Below are positions 26,591 to 39,837 of a stretch of DNA of 64,000 nt, piece by piece. This DNA comes from Octopus sinensis (taxonomy: Eukaryota). A model generated the notes under the pieces. It was not told the origin of the DNA and made no database searches. It saw only the letters and a list, made by a program, of their open reading frames with translations. A program made the position numbers and the translations under genes. Positions within the stretch are counted from its first letter, which is position 1. Every line of letters starts with the position of its first letter. The DNA lies in NCBI RefSeq assembly GCF_006345805.1, contig NC_043012.1:30008001-30072000 (forward strand). The letters run 5' to 3'.

Positions 26591-27667
26591 CAACTTTAAT
26601 CTACTTGAGATTTTTCAGGATTTTTTAATACTGAGCGTAGGTGACAGAAAGAGCATCCAGCTGTAGAAGAATCTGCCTAAATAAACACTGTCCAACCCAA
26701 ACAACTATAGGAAAATGCTCCTTAAGATGATGACATGTCTTTTTGCTTGTTTAGAAGGCAATAAATTGTGGTATGTTGGTGATTTAACTTCTACTTCTAG
26801 CAAGTTAAACCACGTGTTTATGTTCCAATATGAGATGATGTAATGTAGAGCCAAAAAGGTGGGAGGTGGGGAGAGATATGACATAGAGGCCATCTGGTGG
26901 AAAATGGTGTTAGCGTTTAGCCACAGGTCAGACCTGTCATGACCTTCACAATTTTTCTGCTTTTTTTTTCAACAGTATATCTGCATTTACACAATCTGAT
27001 GTGTCCATCCTAATGTAAACAGAGGCAGATATGACTGCCATTTCTAGCAAGCTGGGTGGTGGCAACAGAGGCTCTTTAGTTGGTTTGTATTGCTGTTGTT
27101 TTTCTTTAGCCCCGGGTCAGTGGCGACTAAACAGCCAATTCTGGTAAAAAGCATTACAATCCCATTCTTGGTGGGGGGAGGGGGAGGCACGGTCTATTTA
27201 GCAAGCTATTATGTTATGTGTCCTTCTTTTATTAAGACAGCAGGATGTGGTTTGAGTTAAATTTGGTTACTCTTTCTTTGGTCTGGTAAAAAAAATCTCT
27301 CATTGGTTCATTGGCAACAGTGATGGCCATGTTGTAAGAGTGTTTAAGGAAATACGGATATGCAAATGATAAACATATCCTCACACACACACACACTTAC
27401 GTTAACATCATCATCACACACCCACACAACTTTTTCCCCCCACACTACACCACTACACACCCACACCACACCACTACACACCCACACCATCCTCTCAACT
27501 GACAGGTGTTTCACGTGATATCAGTGAAATAGATAAATGGGTTATTCTCTCAAATACATAAAGCACACACACACGTATATATATGTATACATACACACAC
27601 AAATATAATATATATCATCATTATATATATCTATCAAAATCTATCTATATATATATATATATATATA

Positions 27668-28053
27668 CTTACTCTTTTATTTGTTTCAGTCATTTGACTA
27701 TGGCCATGCTGGAGCACTGCCGTTAGTCGAGCAAATCAACCCCAGGGCTTATTCTTTATAAGCCCAATACTTATTCTATCAGTCTCTTTTGCCGAACCGC
27801 TAAGTTACGGGGACGTAAACACACTACCATCGGTTGTCAAGCAATGGTGGGGGGACAAACACAGACACACAAACATATACATATATACGAAGGGCTTCTT
27901 TCAGTTTCCGTCTACCAAATCCATTTACAAGGTTTTTGGTCAGCCCGAGGCTATTGCAGAAGACATTTGCCCAAGGTACCACACAGTGGGACTGAACCCG
28001 GAACCATGTGGTTGGTAAGCAAACTACTTATCACACAGTCACTCCTGCGCCTA
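27668..28053 (-). mobile_element. Full-length tRNA-derived SINE (family B)
   Basis: Reverse complement of the 30866-31268 element: tRNA-like head, internal TA/TG microsatellite, gactgaaacaa(g/a)taaaagag tail. Confidence 0.9.
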
Positions 28054-28339
28054 CATATCTTATTTATTTATATATGTATTATATATATATATATATATAT
28101 TTGTGTGTAAATTGTGTATGGGTGTATTATGTGTATGTGTGTGTATGTTATTTATATATATGTATTGTGTGTATATAAAGTAAAGATATTATCTATACAT
28201 GTATGTATTATATAATATATATTATATTATCATCATTTTAACCTCTTTCCAATTTTTTTACAGAAGATGACATTCGTTAACAATTATAACTATGTCAAGG
28301 CCATGGAGATAGTAACACATGCATAGTACACAGAAATGC

Positions 28340-30055
28340 CTGTGCGTATACACATGACACTACCACCCTTGTTCATCTCTACATTAACCTCTACTGCTAC
28401 CGTCTTGTGCTCACTTTCTTGTACCTTAGGAGTTTGTTCTAGCACCCCAGCAGTACCTCCATCTTATCTCCTTCAACCATGTATATCTCTGTTGCAAGAC
28501 ACCTATGCTTGTCTATCATACTTTAACCTTTCAACACTTGGTAAACAGTCACCCACCTCCACCTTCTAATTCTTCCTCTTAGTGGTAGGAACTCCCACCC
28601 CTACTTTCCTTTTCCTCTGTTCTTTTATGTTTTGCATGTTTCTTGGCAACTTCATGGCCCTGAAGGACTGTTGTTTTCTGAAGCCTTAACAATATTTCAT
28701 AATCCAAGGAGCAAGAACAGCTGAGTGTGTAGCCCTGGCAGACAAACATGTCTATCACTTCCACTAGTGTTCCTTCAACTAAGACAGATGGTTTCACATT
28801 TAGACTTCATGGTACAGCTGAAGCATTACAAGTCTTTTCCAGGCTAATACCAAGTCCAAATGCATTGCAACATGTTGAGATATAATCCATGAGAATTTGC
28901 ATATCTTCAGCTGTATGAGCAATTAAGTTGCAATCATCCCCATAAAAAAAGGTCACAAAAAAGAGATTGAAAAACTCTCAAATTGGCAGTAAATCGACAC
29001 AAGTTGAAGTGACTGCCAGAAGTATGGTACTTCCCAGAAGAGTAATCCACAGCAAAAGCGCAAGTGGGAGTAGAAGCAAAATACAATGAAAAGAGAGTGG
29101 CGGCAAGAATATCACCTTGCTTGACATCATTCTCTACAGGAATAGGTCCCTGCTATGCCACCACCGACACTGACTCATGCCTCTATCCCATCATGAAATG
29201 ATTTAATTATAGATGCAAAATGACTCAGACAACTAAATTTGCCGAGTATTTTCCACAGGGAGGTCCTATTCATAGTATTGAAAGCTTTGGTTAAATCAAT
29301 GAAAACCTGTACAAGATCCATACTCTGCTCATAGCACTTTTCCTGTATCTGTCTTGTGAAGACCATATCCATTGTTCCTCTACCAGAACAGGAGCCACAT
29401 TGAGATTCAGATACAATGCCATTTCCAAAGTATCTATTGAAGCAGGTAAGAGGTTTACTTGCCAGAACCTTTCAACCAATTCAACTGATTATTATCGCTG
29501 TTTCTTCCTCATCTATTCAGGGTGCAGAATCCAGGGAGCTGATGATAGTTGAAGAGTGTCAGTTACAGCATCATCTACAACCGACTCACAGTTTAGAAGT
29601 TCAAAAAAAGGCCAAACTAGTGACCAGTGATTTTTGTTGATTTAGTAAGTAGGGTAGCACCCTCCTTTGCAAAGCAAAGGAGCTGATGCAGAACTCTTAG
29701 GCCCATAAGCTTGCTTCATAAGATGGTAGAGCTCCTTGCTGTCATTTGCATCAGCAGCAGCTTCAATAACATGAACAAGAACTTCCTACCAAAGGTTTTG
29801 CATCTGCCTGAATGATCACTGCAGTAGGAATTTTGCTATTCTTATAATGGTTAAGTGCTAGACTCTGCTGCACAACTGATGGATCTCAGTGTAGTAATAC
29901 ACTGCCAACATTGTGCTTTTCAACCTTAACATCATTTTCATCAAACCCAGTCCCTATGATTAGCTGTAGCATAGCCAAGTGTTTCAGCAGAATATGTAGA
30001 GAGCATAGTAGGAGTGGATTGCTCGAAGATAACTTTCCTCTTTCACCTCAATCCT
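28340..30055 (-). pseudogene. 5'-truncated, decayed RTE-clade LINE (reverse transcriptase)
   Basis: ORF 29175-29372 FTRQIQEKCYEQ..VFIDLTKAFNTMNRTSLWKIL..IIKSFHDG matches the RT motif FIDLTKAFD. The RTE signature HRDWFDEND occurs near 29.95 kb. Confidence 0.9.
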
Positions 30056-30157
30056 TGGATCTTATATTTATGATTTAGCATGAAATTTTTGTCTATTTTT
30101 TAGACAAATATTACCCTGATGAGACTCATATGCATAAATGTGAATTTTTATGAATTT

Positions 30158-30230
30158 TTATAAATTCACTAATGGATATGAATTGAAACAAATATGGATG
30201 TTTTCCATCTCCAAAAATTGAGGGTCTTTA
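30158..30230 (-). CDS. Candidate alternative terminal exon of the minus-strand gene
   Basis: Acceptor gtgtattcctttacag|. The phase-2 frame (F)KDPQFLEMENIHICFNSYPLVNL* is compatible with the end of E6. Confidence 0.25.
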
Positions 30231-30865
30231 CTGTAAAGGAATACACATTTACTTTCAGATTTATACAAATGAGGAATTCTGACAATCATGCCTTTCCCAA
30301 ATATGATGGATGACTGTGAGGAAGGTGGTTTAGATGATGATGATGGTGGTGGTGATAATAGTAGCACTGGTGATGATGATGATGAATGGCATGATATTGA
30401 TGGTGGGTGAAGTTGGTAGGGTAGGGTTAGGGTATTTTAAGTAGTGCAGACAAGAAGCCGCCCATCCTTTGTAATGTAATTTATCACTATGTAGACTATT
30501 TTAGATATGTTTGTGTGTGTGTGCAAGTGTGGCTGAGTATGTGCATGTGTATATCTGCTTATGCAAGAGTGAGCCTCAGCATGTGTGTGTGTGTGTCTGT
30601 AAATCCAAGTGTGTTGGTCTACCTGGATTTATGGATGTGTGTCTGAGCATGTAGGAATATGTACAGAGAAGGGTCCAACAAGGGAGCATTTCAGAGGTAA
30701 CATACAAGAGATGTATGCGGTTTCAAGGAGAGGCTATGCATGTGGGTGTGTTTTGACAGACTCACAGATCCATGAGTATTGTTATCATGTAATAACTTGG
30801 TTCAAGGATGTTGAGTTGTAATCATACAAAAATTGTGAGGTAAATTAAAAATAATTACATAAATA

Positions 30866-31268
30866 GGCACAGGAGTGGCTGTGTGGTAAGTAGCTTGTTT
30901 ACCAACCACATGGTTCCGGGTTCAGTCCCACTGCGTGGCATCTTGGGCAAGTGTCTTCTGCTATAGCCCCGGGCCGACCAATGCCTTGTGAGTGGATTTG
31001 GTAGACGGAAACTGAAAGAAGCCTGTCATATATATGTATATATATATATGTATGTATGTGTGTCTGTTTGTTCCCCTAGCATTGCTTGACAACCGATGCT
31101 AGTGTGTTTACGTCCCCGTCACTTAGCGGTTCGGCAAAAAGAGACCGATAGAATAAGTACTGGGCTTACAAAAAGAATAAGTCCCGGGGTCGAGTTGCTC
31201 GACTAAAGGCGGTGCTCCAGCATGGCCGCAGTCAAATGACTGAAACAAGTAAAAGAGTAAAAGAGTAA
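30866..31268 (+). mobile_element. Full-length tRNA-derived SINE (family B)
   Basis: ggcacaggagtggctgtgtggtaag...ggttccgggttcagtcccactgc head and (gagtaaaa)n tail. Confidence 0.9.
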
Positions 31269-31293
31269 ACATAAATATACACACATTACATAT

Positions 31294-31480
31294 ATTCTTT
31301 TATGTGTTTCTGTCATTTGACTGTGGTCATGCTGGAGCACTACCTTTAGTCAAATATATCGACCCCAGGATTTATTCTTATAAGTGTAGTACTTATTCTA
31401 TAGGTCACTTCTTGCCGAACCGCTAAGTTACAGGGACGTAAACACACCAACACCGGTTGTCAAGCAATGGTGGGAGGGAA

Positions 31481-31521
<41 letters not shown>

Positions 31522-31685
31522 AGATGGGCATCTTTCAGTTTCCTTCTACCAAATCCACTCACAAGGCTTTGGTTGGCCCAAGGCTATAGTGGAAGGTGGA
31601 AGACACTTGCCCAAGGTGCCATGCAGTGGGACTGAACCCGGAACCATATGGTTGGTAAGCAAGCTACTTACCACACAGCCACTCA
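31294..31685 (-). mobile_element. Family B SINE, inverted relative to its neighbour
   Basis: Reverse complement of 30866-31268, about 25 bp away. Confidence 0.9.
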
Positions 31686-32325
31686 TACACATAGTGAGAG
31701 GAAGAGACATGTGATTGTATAGTTAAGAAATATATGGTTTCAGGTTCAATTCCAGTGTGGAACCTTGGATAAGCCTCTTATAGTTTCCAAGCTTACAGTA
31801 ATCTTGGGAATGAATTCAGTTGAAGGAAGCTGTATAAAATCGTGTGTGTGTTTCTGTGAATGTTACAATTCCATGGCTTGTCACAGCTGGAGCAGTGTTC
31901 ACATCCCTGTCAGTTTCCTTACACTTATGACGTAAAAAAATTCTTTACTTGAAAAACATGAAGGTTGGTAATAAGAACAATATCTGGTTGAAAAATCCTC
32001 TGTGTGTCCTTGTCTTGACATCATGCCACAGCTGTAAGTGAGTGCCACTGTCATACAAGCAGTGTCCTTCATTTCCAGTAGTCTGTGAGAATACTTGTTT
32101 GGAAACAGGTGAGGGTTGGCAACAGGAAGGGCATCCAACTGTAGAAAATCTGCCTCAATAGATTTCTGTCTGACCCAGGTGAGCATGGATACATGGATGT
32201 TAATGATGATGATGGTCATGATGATAAAGGGACTGATGTTCACCTGGCTCGAGGGCACCAAAATTCATGTTGCTTAGGGCACAAGTAACCATGGGGCTGG
32301 TCCTGGCTAACAATCTGTTACTCAC

Positions 32326-32401
32326 AAGAATAAACTTAAGCTGTGAAAGAAGACATATTTGCAAATATAATCCAGTGTAGCCAAGCAAGCAGTCAACCCA
32401 C
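32326..32401 (-). CDS. Candidate internal exon (E6), 76 nt
   Basis: Long polypyrimidine acceptor (...cctccccccctctcag|) and donor CTT|gtgagt. Phase-1 frame GLTACLATLDYICKYVFFHSLSLF. Confidence 0.5.
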
Positions 32402-32767
32402 CTGAGAGGGGGGGGGAGGAAACGGAGGAGAAAAAGAAGAAAATTGTCTCTTCTGCTACAGAAAAGACAAAAACAGAACAAAAGACAGGACTTGGAAAGG
32501 AAAAAAGGTAAAATAAAATAAAAGTGAAAAAACAATAGAAAATTGCATTCATCTGACAGGGGGTGGGTGGGTGGATGGGATGATTCATTCAGATGTTTTG
32601 GTGCAAATCAATGAAAAAAACTAGAATTTTGGGGGGACATTTTATTGATTTACAACATTATACATGAACACACACACACACACACATGGTATACTGCAAA
32701 AAAAAGTCTATCATTGATTCTACTTTCTAAGCAACAAAAAGGTTAATGATTCTGTCTGTCTGTCTAT

Positions 32768-32806
<39 letters not shown>

Positions 32807-32912
32807 CCCATACACACACATGAATGTACACACCTGGCAGTCTATCTACCTACTTACCAAACTATCTATCAATCTATATACCTGCATACTTACCTATGTG
32901 CATGTGTGTGTG

Positions 32913-32951
<39 letters not shown>

Positions 32952-33204
32952 GTGTGTGTGCAGTTAGCATTTTAAATTTCACTAAAAGTTTTACTGACTC
33001 ACATTGCATATACATTAAATACACCTTTTATGTGTGTGTATATATATATACACACACACACACATATATAAAAAAACACACACACACACACACATACCTT
33101 CCTATATGTATAAATATAGAGAGGTAGATATTTGCAGCTTTACATTCTTATATTTCTCTCATACTGGAAAGCCTAGCTTGCCAATATTTAAATATATTTA
33201 ACTT

Positions 33205-33236
<32 letters not shown>

Positions 33237-33480
33237 GTGGGTGCCTTTTACATATCATCATAGTTGTGGCCAGTGCCAGTGACACAAAAGGCACCCACTA
33301 CTATGTTGGAGTGGTTGGCATTAGGAAGGGTATCCAGCAGTAGAAACCAGCTGGAGCCTGGTATACCAGACTGGAACCTGGTGCAGCTCTCTGGCTTACC
33401 AGTTCCAGTCAAACCTTCTAACCCATGCCAGCATAGAAAACAGATGGTAAATGATTATAAAATATAATACACACACACAT

Positions 33481-33531
<51 letters not shown>

Positions 33532-33544
33532 GGCATAGGTGTGA

Positions 33545-33598
<54 letters not shown>

Positions 33599-33599
<1 letters not shown>

Positions 33600-34015
33600 G
33601 GCATAGGTGTGACTGTATGGTAGGAAGTTTGATTCCCAACTACATGGTCCTGGGTTCAGTCCTACTGCATGACACCTTAGCCAAGTGTCTTCTCCTACAG
33701 CCTTGGGCTGACCAAAGCTTTGTGAGTGGATTTGGTAGACAAAACTGAAAGAAGCCCACTGCATACATATTTGTATGTATGTGTGTGGGGGTGAGTGTCT
33801 TTCTGTCTGTGTGTCTCCACCACCATCGCTTGACAACTTGTATTGGTGTGTTTACATTTTCGTAACTTAGCGGTTCGGCAAAAGGAGACTGCAAGAATAA
33901 GTACGCAGCTTAACAAAATGGTAAGTCCTGGGGTTGATTCAGTTGATTAAAATTCTTCATGGTAGTGCTGCAGCATGGCCACAGTCTAATGACTGAAACA
34001 AGAAAAAGATAAAAG
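33599..34015 (+). mobile_element. Family B SINE with duplicated 5' head
   Basis: Family B sequence; aggcataggtgtgactgta also occurs at 33531. Confidence 0.85.
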
Positions 34016-35250
34016 ATGTGCACACACACACACACGGATGCAGTTTTCCTCCTGCTTATCTCAGTCACTGGAATGTGGGGCCACGTTTATGCATTCCCTT
34101 GAAGGTTTGGTCAATCAAATTGATCCTAGAATTCATTCCAAGTTTGGTACTTGTTGTATTGGACAGTGATGTAAACAAACCAACAGCTGTTGTCATGCAG
34201 TGAAGATAAACAGAAACACAAAATACAGGTACACACACGAAAAATGGGGGGGGGCTTCCAAATTCCATATTCACTCACAAGGTTATGGTCAGCTCCAAGG
34301 CTACAATAGAAACCTGAACTCAAAAGCATGCAGTTCTAAAGGAAATTTCTTAACCACACAGCCATTCCTGTACCGATTCCATAGAGCATCGTGTTGAAGG
34401 AAACAAATATTTCACAGAATTAGTTTACGATGCAAACAAATTCATAATAATGCTCATTAAGAATGAATAATATCAAGCTTACAGATACTAATTAGCTAAA
34501 ACAATCATTCACTCACTGATATATGCACATACACACACACACACACACATATTTGTGGAAAGAGAGATAGTGGCAGTTTTGTATGCACATGTGTGTGTGT
34601 GTGTGTATACAGAGATACAAATATGTGTGCGCATATGTGTTTACTTATCTGTCTCTCTCTCTCTCTCTCTCTAGCTATCTATTCCATCTAAGTTCTTGAT
34701 GTTCTACAGACAAGCAGAATAGTGATAGAATGGTATTCCTTAAGAATTTAAATGAAATTAAACATAAACAACATCAGGGTAGAGGATGCAGCATGGAATA
34801 GTATTAAAATAAATGGTATCGTTAGTGCTATCACAGGACATGTGAGCGTGCCTGATTGGTTGCGCTGGTTAGCTTTAGTACTTACACCTACACACAAATG
34901 AATGTGAATGTGTGTATATATATGTATAAAAATAGCTATCAATAAGAATATGTCTGTCTGTGCATTTATGTAGGTGTAAGCATCCTCATTTTTGTGTCAA
35001 CTTTTCCATTCTTGTATGGAAGAGATGAAATTAACTGAGGTAGATTTTCTATGGTTGGATGGCCAAATGCCCTTCTTGATGCCAACCCTCATCTGTTCCC
35101 AAATAAAGTAATATACATACACACGAATGTAGGTTTTACTTCACTTTTAACCTTTATGTAAATTTCAACTGCTGGGGAAATGATGGCTATTCATTGTAAG
35201 TACAATTGTAGTAATTTAAATAAATCTTTTTCAGTGATATCTATATATAT

Positions 35251-35514
35251 CTGGTGCCATGTAAAAGGCATCCAGTCCACACTGTGAAGTGGTTGGCATT
35301 TAGAAGGGCAACTTCACCTGTACTGGTGCCATGTAAAAAGCACTGAGTCCACTCTGCAGAGTGGTTTGTGTTAAGGAAGGGCATCCAGCTGCAAAACCCT
35401 GCCAAAACAGACACGGTAGCCTGGGGTAGTTTTCTACTTGGCCAGCTCGTCAACCATCCTACCCTTGCATTCATGGAATCAGACATTAAATAATGATGAC
35501 GATGATGATGATGA
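35251..35514 (+). mobile_element. Family C LINE-tail SINE
   Basis: gtggttg..ttaggaagggcatccagc core and (GAT)n tail. Confidence 0.75.
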
Positions 35515-35530
35515 TATATATATATATATA

Positions 35531-35748
35531 TATTTCTTTACTACCCACAAGGGGCTACAAACAAGGACATACAAACGGATTAAGTCGATTACATCGACCC
35601 CAGTGCATAACTGGTACTTATTGAATCGACCCCGAAAGGATGAAAAGCAAAGTCGACCTTGGCGGAATTTGAACTCAGAACGTAGCGGCAGACGAAATAC
35701 TGCTAAGCATTTCGCCCGGCGTGCTAACGTTTCTGCCAGCTCGCCGCC
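35531..35748 (-). mobile_element. Family A SINE
   Basis: Near-identical to 24235-24465. Confidence 0.9.
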
Positions 35749-35759
35749 TTAAAGTGAGA

Positions 35760-36355
35760 AAAAGAATGTGATTTGAATGAGGTCAGTGTTTGTAAAGTAA
35801 TCAGCAAATGTCAGTCCAATTCTCAATGCAAAGAGCACATGGCTGTTCCAACGATGGCACCATGGCTCAAGGGGGTTAGTGACTTCAAGTCCCTTGGGTC
35901 TTATGTTGTTGGCAATAAGAAAGACTTGCAGACTTGCAAGAGAGCACCTCCTAATAAGCTCCACAACATCTGGCAGTGATAGGTTTCAAAGACAACAAAA
36001 CTGGCTCTCTTTAGAGGCTGTTCTCTATGAAGAAAGAACTTCAGACAACCTTTATGGTACAGAGATCAGGCTTCTGATAAGGGCTCAAAACATCTCATGA
36101 CATCAACAAGATCAAATATTAGAGGTGGTAGACATATTCCACCCATCTCTACTATAATTGGACAACACAGAGTAGGCATTGCTGGTCACTGGTATCAAGC
36201 TGAACAACAGGTTATGTTGGATGTTGGTGACTTCTGCACCCTAAACACAGACAAGAACCATTCAACTACATTTCTGTCATTAAGTAGAGACAAACAACAT
36301 GAAACTGAGAATCTACCAAAGCTAATGGTATGGGGGGGGGACAGGTTCCTGATGT
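35760..36355 (+). pseudogene. Decayed non-LTR LINE RT C-terminal region (RTE/RTEX-like)
   Basis: VSDFKSLGSYV..KKDLQT..NKLHNIWQ, NLYGTEIRLLIRAQNIS and PPISTIIGQHRVGIAGH match the post-RT LINE motifs FKYLGS and (F)AGH. Confidence 0.8.
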
Positions 36356-37080
36356 GATGAAATGCAAACTTGTAATATGGTATTTCACATGGAAACAATG
36401 AATGACTGACTGTTATTCATACATATGTGTATATATATATATATATATGTACGTACATATTCATACACACACACACCAGTTGTGTAGTATTTCACATAAA
36501 TAGTTACTCATTGACCACATTAGCTTGCACTCACCGGATCTCTCTGGCTCTCTCTCTCTTTTTTTTTTTTCTTACTCTGATCACAGTTTGTACTGCTTGT
36601 CCCCTCTACACTGACCAAGTACAATTCAGTCAAATACATTACTACAACACAAAAATACCATTACAGTGACCCCCCCCCCGCCCCAACTACCCCAACAACA
36701 CACACTGCTATTTCCAGAATATGACACCTTCTGTAGAACGGATACTCTGAAAGGAATATCTCATCTCCAGAACACGATTCAAACTTCTTTGTGGCTAACC
36801 AAAAGGAGCATCCTGGACAACATTATTCAATATGTCCTTCCCATTTTTATATGGATATTTAGGTGTAATCTGAGACATATCTGGTTGCTATTTCTAGCAA
36901 ACTGAACAACTGCATAGAGACTTCCCTCATTGACTCAAAGAATAATTGATTTCAAATTTTGGCACTTTCAGAGTGAGGGGAGCATTTAACATTGGAAAAG
37001 TGAAAGGCAAAAATCAAGAGACCAAATGTAATCATTCCCTCTAGAAACAGTAGCCAAATCTACCTCAAACCACATTGCTT

Positions 37081-37300
37081 TTAACTCTTTTGTTACCATA
37101 TTTCTATTAAAGTACAGTCTGTTTCAGATATTTTCAAAAATAATGAAGGATTTAGTAAAATAACTTTGTTGTTATTATTAAAAGGGTTTTTAGAAGACAA
37201 ACATAGAAGTTTGATAGTTTTTAATTTGGAATGTTACAACAGGAAGTTTATAACATAGAATCAAGGAATAGTCTCAGATAGGTTGGCATTGAAAAAGTTT
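37081..37300. mobile_element. Degenerate TTAA-flanked MITE; inverted relative at ~39205-39445
   Basis: TTAA|CTCTTT... termini and a shared aaacttcctgtt..aaatt(t)aaaac block. Confidence 0.4.
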
Positions 37301-37748
37301 TAAGAAATGCACAAATTGAATAATGTAACCGAGAATATATTGTTCCTGTAAAAGACAGGATGGGTATGGTTGGACTATCTGAACATAAATATTGCTCAAT
37401 CTTGGCCAACTAGAGGTTAAACAATTCCAAAGTCAATTCCAATGAAATTTGAACTCTGAATGTCAGGGGATATGACCAGATACTATCAAGTATTTCATCA
37501 AGATCTTTTATGTCAAAGAATTTAAGCTATGATGGGATGCTGTGATATCTATGCATCTACAAACAACAACTACACACCAGATCCATTGATTGCATGAATT
37601 TGGGTGTTCACCCTTTTTCTACACTGTACTACAGAAGGCTCAGGTTGGCTTGTCTTGCTTTGGGTTCTGATAAAGCTGTAAGGGCACTGACATAACACAC
37701 AATGTAAACCTGGTGGACCCCATCCCTTGATAAGTCTAATCATAGAGG

Positions 37749-37751
<3 letters not shown>

Positions 37752-37796
<45 letters not shown>
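37752..37796. repeat. (GA)n microsatellite
   Basis: Visible run. Confidence 0.95.
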
Positions 37797-37798
<2 letters not shown>

Positions 37799-38277
37799 AA
37801 GAAGTATTGACCCCAGGATTAGACTGGTTCTTTATTTATTAAACCCTAGAAGGATAAAGATCAAAGCTGACCTTGATGGGGTTTGATCTTAGATTGCAGG
37901 CTTGGAATGAAGACTGCAGATATACTCTAAGCCATCATTACTTCAGTTCAAATAAACCATTCAACAATATACACAAGTAGCTGGGGAATTAAACAGAAGT
38001 GGAGATCATAAACTTTTCCCCAATGCAGGATTTACTTTGGTGCAAATCAGTTTCCCTTTACTTGTTTCAGTCACTCAAGTGTGGCCATGCTGGGGCACCA
38101 CTTTAAAGAGTTTAGTGAAACAAATCAAACCCGGGATGATTTTTTTAAATCAAGGGGACTGAAACTTCTAGACATATCAAACTAAGTAAATACATGGTCA
38201 TCCTTGCATACACACAGGCATGTCCCCCTGCATCCTTCTTCAGTTGAGTGTCCCTGGTCTTGCGGGCTCATGGGTAC

Positions 38278-38482
38278 AGGTGCCACATTAAAAGCATCCA
38301 TGCTAGTGCTATGTAAAAGCACCCAGTCTACACTCTGTAAAGTGGTTGGCATTAGGAAGGGCATCTAGCCATAGAAACCATGCCAAAACAGATGACTGCA
38401 ACCTGGGCAGTTCTTCAGCTAATCAGCTCCTGTCAAACCGTCCAACCCATGCCAGCATGGAAAATGGACGTATGATGATGAT
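38278..38482 (+). mobile_element. Family C LINE-tail SINE
   Basis: Family core and (GAT)n tail. Confidence 0.75.
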
Positions 38483-38574
38483 GTAACTTATATTATCAGT
38501 CTCTTTTGCTGAACACACACACATACACAAATATGTAAATCTATATGGTAGCCATAGCAACGTGTCAAACTTAC

Positions 38575-38582
38575 CTATTTCC
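38575..38582 (-). CDS. Candidate 8-nt microexon (E5, GGAAATAG)
   Basis: tatttttttattctacag|GGAAATAG|gtaagt: near-consensus splice sites on both sides. Confidence 0.4.
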
Positions 38583-39449
38583 CTGTAGAATAAAAAAATA
38601 ATGAACAGCTCCAATTGACATTCAACCCTTATTGGGGTCTCATAAGGTGTCTGTATCACTTGAACAAATCCAGGACCAAGACAAGCTATCTTGTTTACAG
38701 AGATGTCAAATCTAGAGGCTCCACAAAACTGGAGCCACTAATGTGTATGCATGTTGACAACAGTTGGTTTGTTTACATCCCCATAACTTAGTAGTTAAAG
38801 AATAAATACTAGACTTTAAAAAAAAAACATAAGTCCTGGGGTCAATTTGTCTGGCTAAACCCTTCAAGGTGGTGCCCCAGCTTGGTTACAGTCCAATGAC
38901 TGAAACAAGGAGAGAGGTTTTTTTGTAAAAATTCTTCTAAGAAGTATTAGATATGCATTTATTCCTGTTAACCGAATCCTAAGTGAAGAACTTGCTTGTG
39001 TGGATTATTGCTATCAGTGTTAAATAAATAAATTTTTTAATAGGTTTGATTTAATATATAAAAGTTAGTAGTAAGAAAAACTATAGAGTGGACTGATTAG
39101 CCCTGGGGAGTGGAGGGGGAATCCAATGTGCTGAACATAGGTTCGTCTTTGAAAAGAAATATGGAATCTGGTAATGGTCTATTTACTTGTTAGCAAAGAG
39201 CTTCTTTGCTCTCCACTCTTTTCACACCAATCTGCCAGACACTGTCCTTGAGCCAATAATACAAACTTCCTGTTTTAAAGTGGTCTAAATTTAAAACCTT
39301 CCATTGCATCATTAATTTATATTAAAAAAAAGGCAAAGCTAACTAAATTCATCATTTTCACAATTAATTGAAACAAAAGACTGTTTATTTCAATAGAAAT
39401 TTGCTAATGAAAGTGTTCGATTTAAGGGCTCCAAACACTGACAAGAGGA

Positions 39450-39690
39450 ATTGAAGATAAGATGTGTGGCTGAGTGGGTTGTAAGATTGCATTCTTGAGC
39501 AAAACACTTCATTTCATGCTGTTCTAGTTCACTCAGCTGTAAATGAGTTCTTGCAATAGCTGGGAAGTTAATCCTGCAAAGGACTGGTGTCCCATCCAGG
39601 GTAGGAGGAGTGTTGTAATCTCAGTCACTTATACTGCCATGGAAACCAGGTTTAACTCTGGTCTTATGAGAGACGTTAGTCTAAGTTCTA
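39450..39690 (+). mobile_element. Degenerate CORE-like SINE
   Basis: cactcagctgtaaatgagt and gactggtgtcccatccaggg blocks. Confidence 0.5.
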
Positions 39691-39803
39691 AGCCTATCAT
39701 AAATTAACTCATTCGATACTTTCCGTTATCCACAAATTTTTATGGATTGATTTTTGCTGACCCAGCCCACCACAACTTCCAGCAATTCTAGATCCTTCCT
39801 TAC

Positions 39804-39837
39804 ATATAATATTGTCATGGATCTGGCCTGGGGCAGC
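39804..39837 (-). CDS. Candidate 34-nt exon (E4) with in-frame TGA
   Basis: ttttttttatttccag| acceptor and TAT|gtaagg donor. In the E1-E3 frame it reads (S)CPRPDP*QYY. Confidence 0.45.

Noticed and set aside
37942-37980. Candidate exon between E5 and E6
   Set aside because: Two stops in the required frame and a weak donor.
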